A stretch of 64,000 bases of DNA from Albugo candida (taxonomy: Eukaryota): NCBI GenBank assembly GCA_040437565.1, contig JBDOQK010000036.1, positions 248,001 to 312,000 on the forward strand, in the 5' to 3' direction. Below are positions 25,068-35,276 of this stretch, one piece after another. The translations under genes were made by a program, and so were the position numbers. Within the stretch, counting starts at the first letter, position 1, and every line of letters starts with the position of its first letter. Under the pieces are notes generated by a model, which did no database searches, had not been told where the DNA came from, and saw only the letters and a list, made by a program, of their open reading frames with translations.

Positions 25068-27116
25068 ATGACAGAGCCAAACGTCTCAACAACGTCGGCG
25101 TTGGACGCCCGCGCTCTTAAGACCGCTGAAAACACACCGGAAGCGATCTCAGAGCATTTGAAGATAACGAATGGAAAAGTACGCACACGATTCCCACCGG
25201 AACCGAACGGATATCTCCATATTGGTCATGCAAAGTCTTTAAATATGAACTTTCACGAAGCTTTTGAAAAACTGCAAATTCCAAAGCATCAGCGCGAAAC
25301 GATATTCCGCTACGACGACACTAATCCTGAAGCAGAGAGCAAGGAGTATATTGACGCCATCGCAGCAAATCTCGAATGGCTCGGCTACATTCCCGCTAAA
25401 GTCACATACAGCTCCGATTACTTTACTCAGTTATATCAACTAGCTATCCAGTTAATTCAATATGGGAAAGCGTACGTTTGCAACCAATCGAAGGAAGAAA
25501 TCGAGCAATCACGCATTTGTTTGCAGCACTTTCACGCATCTTCACTCGCTAAAACGGAGGAAAATGTACCAGCTGGAGCTATCTCACCGTGCCGCAATCG
25601 CTCGATCGAGCAGAATCTCTTGGAATTCAAGAAAATGCGCGCTGGGCTCTATGACGAAGGAAAAGCTTGTCTCCGAATGAAAATGGACCTCACATCGCCA
25701 AATCCGAATTTGTGGGATCAAGTGGCCTACCGCATCAAATACGTCGCGCATCCGCATGCTGGCAAAGCGTGGTGTATCTATCCGACATACGATTACACGC
25801 ATTGTATCGTCGATGCTCTGGAGCACATTGATTATTCTATTTGCACGCTCGAGTTTGAGACGCGACGGGAGTCGTATTACTGGCTTTTGGACGCTCTGAA
25901 TCTCTATAAACCCAAAGTGTACGAGTTTGCGAGACTGGCGGTCACGCATATGGTCATGAGTAAGCGAAAGCTTCTCAAGCTTGTGGTTGGTGGCAAGGTA
26001 CGAGGCTGGAATGATCCACGATTGGCCACACTGAATGGACTAAAACGTAGAGGATTCACACCTGCAATCATCCGACAATTCTGTCAAGAAATTGGTGTCA
26101 CGCGAGTGCAATCAACCATTCAGATTGAAAAGCTGTATGCAGTGGCTCGGGATGCATTTGGAATGGAGTGTAAGCGAGTAATGGCCGTCCTGGACCCCGT
26201 CGAAGTTGTCATCTCTAATTTTGACCTGGCGACTTCTGAATTGGTTCGATGTAGAGCTCCCGATTATCCTCAAGACGAGCAGCGTGATGGCGGAAGTGCG
26301 TACCACACTGTCGAGCTAACTCGAGTCATCTACTTAGACCGAAGCGATATTCGCCTGGACGACCATAAATCCTTTTACGGAGTTGCTCCAGGAAAACATA
26401 TTCGCTTAAAGTATGCGTACAACTTCAAATGTGCAAGAATCGAAACGGAAAAAGACTCCAATCGCATCGTTCGCGTGTACGGAGAGATCGACTGGGATAT
26501 GAATGCAAAACCGCCTAAAGGAATCATGACGTGGGTGCCTCGGAATTCCCCGATCGTACAAGTTCGGATCTACACACATTTGTTCAAAGTCCCGGATTTA
26601 TCAAGTGCTGCCATCAACGGAACAAATTGGGAAGAATTGGTCGACACAAATGGATCCGAACATGTGTTTGCGAATGCTCGAATTGACCCAGAATCGATTG
26701 CAAAGAATTTAAAACCAGACGTTGCGGTTCAGTTTGAGCGTGTTGGGTACTATGTCCTGGATGAAGACTCTACTGAGACTCGACTCGTCTTGAATCAAAT
26801 CGTTCCGCTTCGTGAAGGTGGGAACTCTAGTCATGAGTCACCGTCGGGTTCGTTCACAAATGAGCAGAAAAACACGAGTCGAAAGGATCAACAAGCACAA
26901 CAACTTGCTGCCAAAGCTGACAAAGCAAAAGTACCTCCACACGAATTCTTCAGACAGCAAACCGAGCTCTATTCAGCATTCAGTTCCGACGGGATGCCGA
27001 CTCACGATGCAGCTGGCAATGTACTCACAAAAAGTCAGCTCAAAAAGCTTAAGAAAGAATTTGAAAAGCAGAAAAGACTCCACGATCATTATCTTCAGCA
27101 AGGAAATCAAGCGTAA
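25068..27116 (+). CDS. QARS: Glutaminyl-tRNA synthetase (ORF open from ATG 24975)
   Basis: TRFPPEPNGYLHIGHAK, YDDTNPE, WCIYPTYDYTH, ICTLEFE, MSKRKL, IRLKYAY and QFERVGYY. Confidence 0.96.
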   Translation: MTEPNVSTTSALDARALKTAENTPEAISEHLKITNGKVRTRFPPEPNGYLHIGHAKSLNMNFHEAFEKLQIPKHQRETIFRYDDTNPEAESKEYIDAIAANLEWLGYIPAKVTYSSDYFTQLYQLAIQLIQYGKAYVCNQSKEEIEQSRICLQHFHASSLAKTEENVPAGAISPCRNRSIEQNLLEFKKMRAGLYDEGKACLRMKMDLTSPNPNLWDQVAYRIKYVAHPHAGKAWCIYPTYDYTHCIVDALEHIDYSICTLEFETRRESYYWLLDALNLYKPKVYEFARLAVTHMVMSKRKLLKLVVGGKVRGWNDPRLATLNGLKRRGFTPAIIRQFCQEIGVTRVQSTIQIEKLYAVARDAFGMECKRVMAVLDPVEVVISNFDLATSELVRCRAPDYPQDEQRDGGSAYHTVELTRVIYLDRSDIRLDDHKSFYGVAPGKHIRLKYAYNFKCARIETEKDSNRIVRVYGEIDWDMNAKPPKGIMTWVPRNSPIVQVRIYTHLFKVPDLSSAAINGTNWEELVDTNGSEHVFANARIDPESIAKNLKPDVAVQFERVGYYVLDEDSTETRLVLNQIVPLREGGNSSHESPSGSFTNEQKNTSRKDQQAQQLAAKADKAKVPPHEFFRQQTELYSAFSSDGMPTHDAAGNVLTKSQLKKLKKEFEKQKRLHDHYLQQGNQA

Positions 27117-27208
27117 TTGAAGACGTTTTGGCATGTGGAAATGAACACGACAGCCTCATTGCGATTTCATTGTATACGGCGAAGGAGAGAGCATATTTTC
27201 CAAAATGC

Positions 27209-29352
27209 TCATTTTCGCACAATTTCTTCCTTTTGTGATAGCACTTTATCGTGTGTGGTGGTCTGAATGATGTACTCGTTCTCATTCTCGCTGTCGTAGC
27301 CGTCTAAACACGCAATGTACCCAGCTCTCTGTTCCATGATCGCTTGTGCGCGTTTCTGTACCAACTTATCATGCTCCTGCAGCATTTCCCGCTTGTGGCT
27401 TTGCTTCTTCTCATTGCGCTCTCGATCTTTCATCCGATCCATTTCATTGTATTTTCGCTGATACTTTTTCAAATTCCGCACAACTTCAGCATACTCTTTG
27501 TCAGTCAATAAGGAGCGAGGACGTGGCCGCCAGAGGAACTGATAAAAAGACTTTTTCTTCTCTTCCAGCAACAGTTTGCCTTGGAAGCTCCACAGCATAA
27601 AGCCATTATCCATTTGGTGTTTGTAATATGAGCTCTAAAGAGAAAACGATTCAGCGCCTGGAGACTTTTAATGAGTTATTTGATACTTACATCGATCGGC
27701 TGACAGACTGCAGTCATCACAACACGGCCGGAAGGATCCCAGTCGACGTGCGTGCACTTGAAATGCTCTTGAATGGTGATGCTTTGCTGCTCATCCGTAT
27801 CCCAGAATTCCAGCTTCCCATTCATTTCGCCCAAACCTGCCAGAACGATATTGTTACCGTGAGGAGACCAGTACACGTGACTGCATTGCTTTGCGGTCAG
27901 CGTGTACAACAACGTGATCTCGTTGCTTCGTGCACCACCTTTCATGTCGTAGAAAGAGATGCTGGCTCGTGTTGGTGATTCTCCATGAATGATCACAAAT
28001 CGAGAGCCTTTGGGCTCCCACGCAAACGCGATCACAGGATCCTTCATTTCCAGCATTTCTACGGGTATTAGCGGTTCTTTGATCCGAAAAAGCTCGAAAT
28101 TGGTGTACAAAGTCTTCTTCGACTTTGAATGACGCGTCACTTTTACACAGAGAAAAGTTCCATTCGGATGCCAATGCAATTTGCAATCGCTAACGTTGAA
28201 TAAATTTTGCTGTCGGAGCTCTTTTCGGGATGGTAGTTCGACTAATGAGACTCGAGCGGGTACATTATCTTTCTCTGGGGCCCAATACGCAAGAATCGGG
28301 TCTGTGGGAGACCAAAGAAAGTCGTGAATACCATCAGCTTTCAAAGATTTCTTTTGGAGTAATTGCATGGATGGAAGCTCGTGAACGCTGATGACATCCT
28401 TTCCTCTTCGTGTGATTAATCGATCATCACAGCTCCATTTAAAAGGCGTTCGGAGTCCTTGAACAACTTCATTCGTTTCGGCTTTCGTGATGCCTGCAGG
28501 AAACGCTCGTAAAATTTTAGATGAGGCAATATCCCAAACGATAATTGCTCGTTCAGCATCCGTTTCACTCACTGTGGTGAGATATTTCTCCTCTGGGGAG
28601 AAAATACACCGCTTCACGTGCTTGTGTGCGAATCGAGCCACCTTTTGATACCCTTCTCCAGCCCAAAGCGCGATACCCTGAGGATGAAAAGTTGCCAAAT
28701 AAGTGCCTTGCGGAGACCATAAGAGGTACTGAGAGCACCATTGTTTTCCATTTGTTTTCTCACGTGCACCGTCATAATCAAGCGTAATCTCTCCTTTATC
28801 CATCCAGTAGATCTCTGACTCGGTACCGTGACGAAGGGCAAACATATCTCGACGTTCTGGGTCTCGAAGCCAGGCCTTTAGGTCTTTCGGCTCTTTAAAC
28901 TCTTCGATCGGGGGATCCTCATACTTTTCGGGCAAGGAAGCGTACTTTTTTAGGTCTGAGTAAGCGTTTACGTGCAGCGTGTGCGTCTTGTCAAGTGCAA
29001 ATTTATGCAACGTCCGTATCGCATTGGCCGCCAAGTCTGCATCTTCATACGCGAGGAAGGCGAAGCCATTCGTTTTTTCATTGGATGTAATTGGCATTTG
29101 AAGATCAACGATTGGTCCAATCTGAGAGAATATTTTACGAATCACGTTGCATAATTTTGCATGCTTGCTGGTATCGACGACCGGAAGCCCACCGACAACA
29201 ATACAGTTTGAAAAGTCGTTGCAAAACTCCTTCTCGCTCACTTTGATTGCATCTACGTCCTCATTGCTATCGTCTTCACTAAGGTAGTCAGCATACTGCT
29301 GTGCTTCTTTCTCAATCTCAGCAATCTGTTCCTCCAGTGACGCTAATCCCAT
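27209..29352 (-). CDS. EIF3B: Translation initiation factor 3 subunit B
   Basis: RRM (IVVGGLPVV..GFAFLAYE..LDKTH), WD/beta-propeller (WSPQGTYLATFHPQG, NLFNVSDCKLHW, FAWEPKG, WDPSGR) and QFLWRPRP. One intron at about 27636-27690. Confidence 0.96.
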
Positions 29353-29589
29353 ATTTTCGAATTTGATTGGCAGCAATGGAACGGTTTCTATTAAGTAGAT
29401 TACGGTGTTTCAACACTCAAATCAATAATTTGCTTATTTACAAATTGCTCTAACAACATGGATGAGATTTATCACAAAGTGTATTCCTTNNNNNNNNNNN
29501 NNNNNNNNNNNNNNNNNNNNNNNNNNNNNNNNNNNNNNNNNNNNNNNNNNNNNNNNNNNNNNNNNNNNNNNNNNNNNNNNNNNNNNNNN

Positions 29590-30576
29590 AAGACATACAC
29601 ACGTCTTTGTTTTCTTGTCATCGGACACATCTACGTATGCTCGTTCTTTGTTGCACTCGAAATCGTCTTTGCTCTCACTTTCGGCTGCCAGTTGATTCAG
29701 TAGATCCTCTGCCGAGCCACTCGTACACTTTGGTGAATTGTCCGATTTTGCAGGAATGATCTCTACGGTTGTTTCTTCTGTCGCGGATTGGCAAGCATCT
29801 TTTCCCCATCCTCGTAATACCACCTTCCCTTCTCCACGAGCGGCACAGATAAAAAAATAATTGTTCTTTTTACGCGCTTCACTGCTGGCGTTCCGTACAG
29901 TTGTAATTTTCTTTTGTTTCAATGAATAGAATTCATACGTAACACGGTCAATGCCATTCCAGCCGAGCTGTATGTAATGTCCATTTTCTATCTGCGGAGT
30001 AGTACCGTCTCGACCAAATCCAACAGCATTGAGAACATCGGGTTTGGAATCACCGTCTTTTGCACAATTGTAGCAGCAAACGCCTTTCACAGCGGAACAT
30101 TGATTGTGGATCACTGGGTCGTATGTGTAAGGAATGTTGGAATTTTTCCCAATACAGGTCGCGCAGCATCCATCTGTTGGTGTCGGTCCTGGCGTGCGAA
30201 CGCCTGAGGGAGGATTCCCAGAGGCAGGTGGATTACTAGGCGGTGATGCTCGCGGGGGACTTGATGGTGGGGGACTCGATGGTGGTGGACTCGAAGGTGG
30301 GGGACTCGAAGGAGGGGGACTCGATGTTGATGGGGAACTCGAAAGTGGGGGACTCCTTGAGGGCGGTGGGTTGTCTTCCGTGGGTGAACTCTGTGATGAA
30401 CGACTGGGTGAAGAGCTGGATGGACTGGAGCTGGATGGACTGGAGCTGGATGGAGTAGAGGGGGATGAATCGGTACTGTCGATACTATTCGTGTCGGATA
30501 CGTGAGTGCTTTGCGGATGTGTACTGGTAAGAAGCGCTTGGAGAACGCACACAAAGAGAAAAAACCGCAGAAACAT
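29590..30576 (-). CDS. Secreted/surface protein with Ser/Pro repeats and a Cys-rich domain; 3' end lost in gap
   Basis: Signal peptide MFLRFFLFVCVLQALLTS, then (SSSP)n and (SSPPP)n repeats, then CCATC..C..CCYNC and further cysteines. Truncated by the gap at 29490-29589. Confidence 0.75.
30240..30460 (-). repeat. Coding 15-bp tandem repeats (PSSSS / SSPPP units)
   Basis: Repeated ggactcga(a/t)ggtgg(g/t) and gagctggatggactg units on the + strand. Confidence 0.85.
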
Positions 30577-31254
30577 TTTGATAAATAAGAAGTAAAGAGG
30601 CGATTGCAAGATAATAAAGCAGAAAAGTAGTTTTGCAATTGGTTGCAGGAAATCGAAATTGATTTGCTGGGGATCAGAATTTACACGCACGTGCAAGGAG
30701 GGAAAATTGGATTTGAAGTTAACATACTGAGATTTGTATGTGATGCTACCAAAAAATACAAATTTGTATAAAATTCTGCAGAGGGGGTACGATCAAGGTG
30801 GAATCCAGCGATAAAGACAGGACAACGTTGCGAAAAACTTGATATTAGCCAATCCTTGAACCCGAACAGGTCCAACATCCAATCAGACGTGGGCTGGCAA
30901 CAGAAGTGGATCCACGTCATCTGAAAGTAGGCTCTATGCTTGTTACTACGCGTAGAGACGATCCAGGCACGTTGGACAACCTATAGAATGCGTGTCTAGC
31001 ACCCGTGTGCGTGGTTAGAGAGCAACTCTCCTGATCATGCAGATGTCACGTTTTCATAAGGCAGTCTACATTCTCTATTACAACTAGCGATCATGTGGTA
31101 CTATAATGCATTTGATTTCTCTCGTCATTCTCGCATCTATTTGTACCTTCTTCTCACATTCGGAACACATGTCATTAACGTTATATTTGTAAATACCATA
31201 TATCTCGATAGTAATTACAGTAATTAAAATAAACGTCAGCGTCGGACGAGCAGT

Positions 31255-34200
31255 ATGGAATCCAGTCAATTCGAAAGCTCTTCCGGCGTTGTTCCAAAAA
31301 CCACCCTGCTCTTTTATGAAAATTTTGGTCCCCTTTTCGATCTCATATGCGCAGACTACGTCACTGCGCGATACGCAAGCGAGGAGAACGCCAAACGCGT
31401 TTTCTATGGAGCTCTAAAGAAGCTCTACCTCACCATACACGCTGAATCCTCCATTTTACCGCTACCTTCAGCAGCAAACCATCTTCCAATTCTGTGCGCG
31501 GATCATGATTTCCAATACAAAGCGCACATACGTTATGAAAAGCTCTCCAAAGCGCTACAAAATGCTTCCAAGCAGCCGGATGCCTTTTATTCGGAGGAAG
31601 TATGCATCCGACAGGTTCTCAAGGAACACCTCAAGCGATTTGTCGATGAAATCGTTCAAAAAAAAGCGTTCCGTAAGCTCCTGCACGAAGAACTTCCCAC
31701 ACCCGACTTTTTGCCGCATGAAGACGCGTTTCCAGCATCTTTCTCAGCGTCTGCGTCCGCTGCTGCAGTTCATTTGATATCACCGCCACCGCTATATGGA
31801 GAAATACGCATGGAAGGATGGCTGAGGAAAAAGGGGCAACACGTAAACTTCTGGAGAGAGCGTTATTTCATGATCCGATCGTCGACGAATGGGACACATT
31901 ACTTATGTTATTTTCGCAAAAAAGGAGATCGGGAACCTCGTGGGTGGTATGTTCTGGGGCCTGGGACGCTTGTGGACGATGTACGCGAATCGCCAAGCAA
32001 AATTGAGACCAAAAAGCTGTTCACCTTTCGAATTAGCAATTACACACACACGAGCTTTGATGAAGCTCATTTGGATGAGATGTGTCCCAGTCACGGATTG
32101 GATGTGCCTCTGACGCGCTCGGCCAGCGGATTGCGTGAGGGGCAAGCGATATTGGAAAATCAAGCGAACGGGACGTTCGTATCGGAGAATGAAGAAGGAC
32201 TTCGACGGAAATCTTCCGGGACATTCCGTAGTCGTGCAGCAGCTGCTGCTGCTGCTGCCACTGCAGCCACTGCGGTTGTACTCACTGGAGGCTTGGCCGG
32301 TGTTGGAATTGGAGTTGGAATGGGTATGAGTGCAGCAGCTGCAGCCGCTGCCAGTGCAAGTGCTGCTGGAGCGTACATGAATCAGCAGCAGGGAAGACAG
32401 CATGGGACCGTCGCATTGGCAGCCGAGTCGTATGAGACAGCAATTTGGTGGAGGAATAGCGTCCTCGACTGTATCTTGCAAGCTGAAGAGCAGTGGAGAC
32501 AGTACCTTCAATGGTATATGGACCAACAAACTTCAGAGCCTCTCGAGCACTTGCAAACGTCCACGAAGCCACGTTCTGGCTCGTTCGGCACAATTCCTCG
32601 CTCACTTGCTCGGTCCTTCAAAAGGACATTCTCTAAAAAAGCTTCTTGGAAATTGTATGCGTTTTCTTCTCAATTGCGTGTGTACAAAGAGCATCCAAGC
32701 ACGACTGTCTCCTCGCTCCCACCAGCCTTTCGAACCAGCCTCAAAGTCGACGCATCTCCGAAAGCCGTGTTTGACGCTATTATGCATACAAACAGCTCAT
32801 TCTACCTCGGAAATCACATTATCCAGGACGCAAATGTCGTGGAAGCGCATGAAAAGGATCATAGCGATATTGTATGCTGGAAACTCGCGCCCATTTTCCT
32901 CTGGCCCGTGTACACCGCTCCTCGTGAACTGTGTCTCTTGCGATATTGGCGAAAGGAGCAAGACGAATCGTTTTTCATCTGCTTCCAGTCGACTTCTCAT
33001 CCCAATTGTCCAATCTCCAAGGACGCTGTTCGTGCCACGATGCTTGGCGGAGGCTTTATCCTATCTCCTTCCATTGACGGAAGCCCAGGATGCTGGGTCA
33101 CGCTGACGTCTCAGCTGAATCCGAACGGATACATCGACACTGCGCCANNNNNNNNNNNNNNNNNNNNNNNNNNNNNNNNNNNNNNNNNNNNNNNNNNNNN
33201 NNNNNNNNNNNNNNNNNNNNNNNNNNNNNNNNNNNNNNNNNNNNNNNGCTGCTGCTGCTGCCACTGCAGCCACTGCGGTTGTACTCACTGGAGGCTTGGC
33301 CGGTGTTGGAATTGGAGTTGGAATGGGTATGAGTGCAGCAGCTGCAGCCGCTGCCAGTGCAAGTGCTGCTGGAGCGTACATGAATCAGCAGCAGGGAAGA
33401 CAGCATGGGACCGTCGCATTGGCAGCCGAGTCGTATGAGACAGCAATTTGGTGGAGGAATAGCGTCCTCGACTGTATCTTGCAAGCTGAAGAGCAGTGGA
33501 GACAGTACCTTCAATGGTATATGGACCAACAAACTTCAGAGCCTCTCGAGCACTTGCAAACGTCCACGAAGCCACGTTCTGGCTCGTTCGGCACAATTCC
33601 TCGCTCACTTGCTCGGTCCTTCAAAAGGACATTCTCTAAAAAAGCTTCTTGGAAATTGTATGCGTTTTCTTCTCAATTGCGTGTGTACAAAGAGCATCCA
33701 AGCACGACTGTCTCCTCGCTCCCACCAGCCTTTCGAACCAGCCTCAAAGTCGACGCATCTCCGAAAGCCGTGTTTGACGCTATTATGCATACAAACAGCT
33801 CATTCTACCTCGGAAATCACATTATCCAGGACGCAAATGTCGTGGAAGCGCATGAAAAGGATCATAGCGATATTGTATGCTGGAAACTCGCGCCCATTTT
33901 CCTCTGGCCCGTGTACACCGCTCCTCGTGAACTGTGTCTCTTGCGATATTGGCGAAAGGAGCAAGACGAATCGTTTTTCATCTGCTTCCAGTCGACTTCT
34001 CATCCCAATTGTCCAATCTCCAAGGACGCTGTTCGTGCCACGATGCTTGGCGGAGGCTTTATCCTATCTCCTTCCATTGACGGAAGCCCAGGATGCTGGG
34101 TCACGCTGACGTCTCAGCTGAATCCGAACGGATACATCGACACTGCGCCAGGCCGATCGTGGCATTTTATGGCCGCATATGCGACCCATTTCCTTCAAAT

Positions 34201-35044
34201 CATTTCACATCTCCAAAATCACACTTATACAGCCACACACATACGAGATAAAGTGCACATCGACAGCCCAAAGCTCACTCATCCATCCAAAATTCAATTG
34301 CTTCCGGCGTTACGCACTGAATTATCCGTTCGGCATTGCCTTGCGACAAAGTATTGGAGCGAACCCTGCGCTCAAAGCTTTCTAGTCCGTGGAGAACAAT
34401 ATCGCTCCAGTGGGATCAAAGTTCCATCAGAACGTCAGGCATTTCGACTTTTTGGCGTGGTTTTATTCGGTTCGGAGACTCCGATCGAACGTATCGGAAC
34501 GGCGGGAATTGAAGGCCTTTCAGGTCGTATCGACTCGCCGACGCAGAGCTGGGTCTGGATTGTCCATCTGATGCTTCCTGGCCCGCCATTTCACTCACTC
34601 GTGCTCTATTTCATATTGGAAGACTCAAACTTTCTTCGAAAATCGCCGTCTAATTTGTGTCATGCGTTCATGCAAGGCCCAAGCGATACGTTCCGGCAGG
34701 ATCGTCTCAAAGTCATTCCTCGTGTGGAGCAAGGCTCAAGGTCCATTCGAAATGGAATCGGCACAACGCCCACGATTTTGGGTCGAAAAATGTATCAGCA
34801 GTACCATCGAGAGGCACAATGTCTCGAAATTGACTACGATATCACAAGCAGCAGTGTGGCCAGCGAAATGACCAAACTCCTACTCGGCTGTTGTGATCGA
34901 TTGGTGGTGGATTTAGCATTCGTCATTGAAGGAAAAACAGACGACGAGCTTCCAGAACGCGTGTTGGGAACTGTGCGATTGCGAAATGTGACTCTATCTG
35001 ACGCAGTTCCATTCGGAGGAGCCGGTGAAAGGAGCGATTTATGA
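31255..35044 (+). CDS. EDR2-like PH + START + DUF1336 (EDR2 C-terminal) lipid-binding protein
   Basis: PH (MEGWLRKKG..FWRERYF), START (PRELCLLRYWRK..ICFQSTSHPNCP..VRA..GGF) and EDR2_C (WSEP..FLVRG..RLKVIP..TPTILG..LEIDYDI..VDLAFVIEG..ELPERVLGTVRL). A false duplication (offset 1003) lies across the gap at 33148-33247. Confidence 0.9.
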
Positions 35045-35276
35045 CGCTGGTAGTGACAATTGGAAGCCTGAGCCTGAAGGGTGGGAGGTACACGTCGTTT
35101 CTGTGAAATAGCATATACTCAAACAGATACATATAGACATATTACGACGTGGAGACCATAAGCTGAATGCGTTCATATTGATCGTAACACTGTCTTCGAA
35201 AGTACCGAACCTGCGCGCTTGTGACTGACAACAAGAGGCACAATGGATGGGTGTTCTGTCTTCTGGAAGCCGATAC

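Noticed and set aside
29590-30576. Possible RxLR or CHxC/CCG effector
   Set aside because: No such motif near the signal peptide; the CxxC lies after a long Ser/Pro stalk.
32245-34150. Apparent duplicated START domain
   Set aside because: Same gap-flank artefact (offset 1003).
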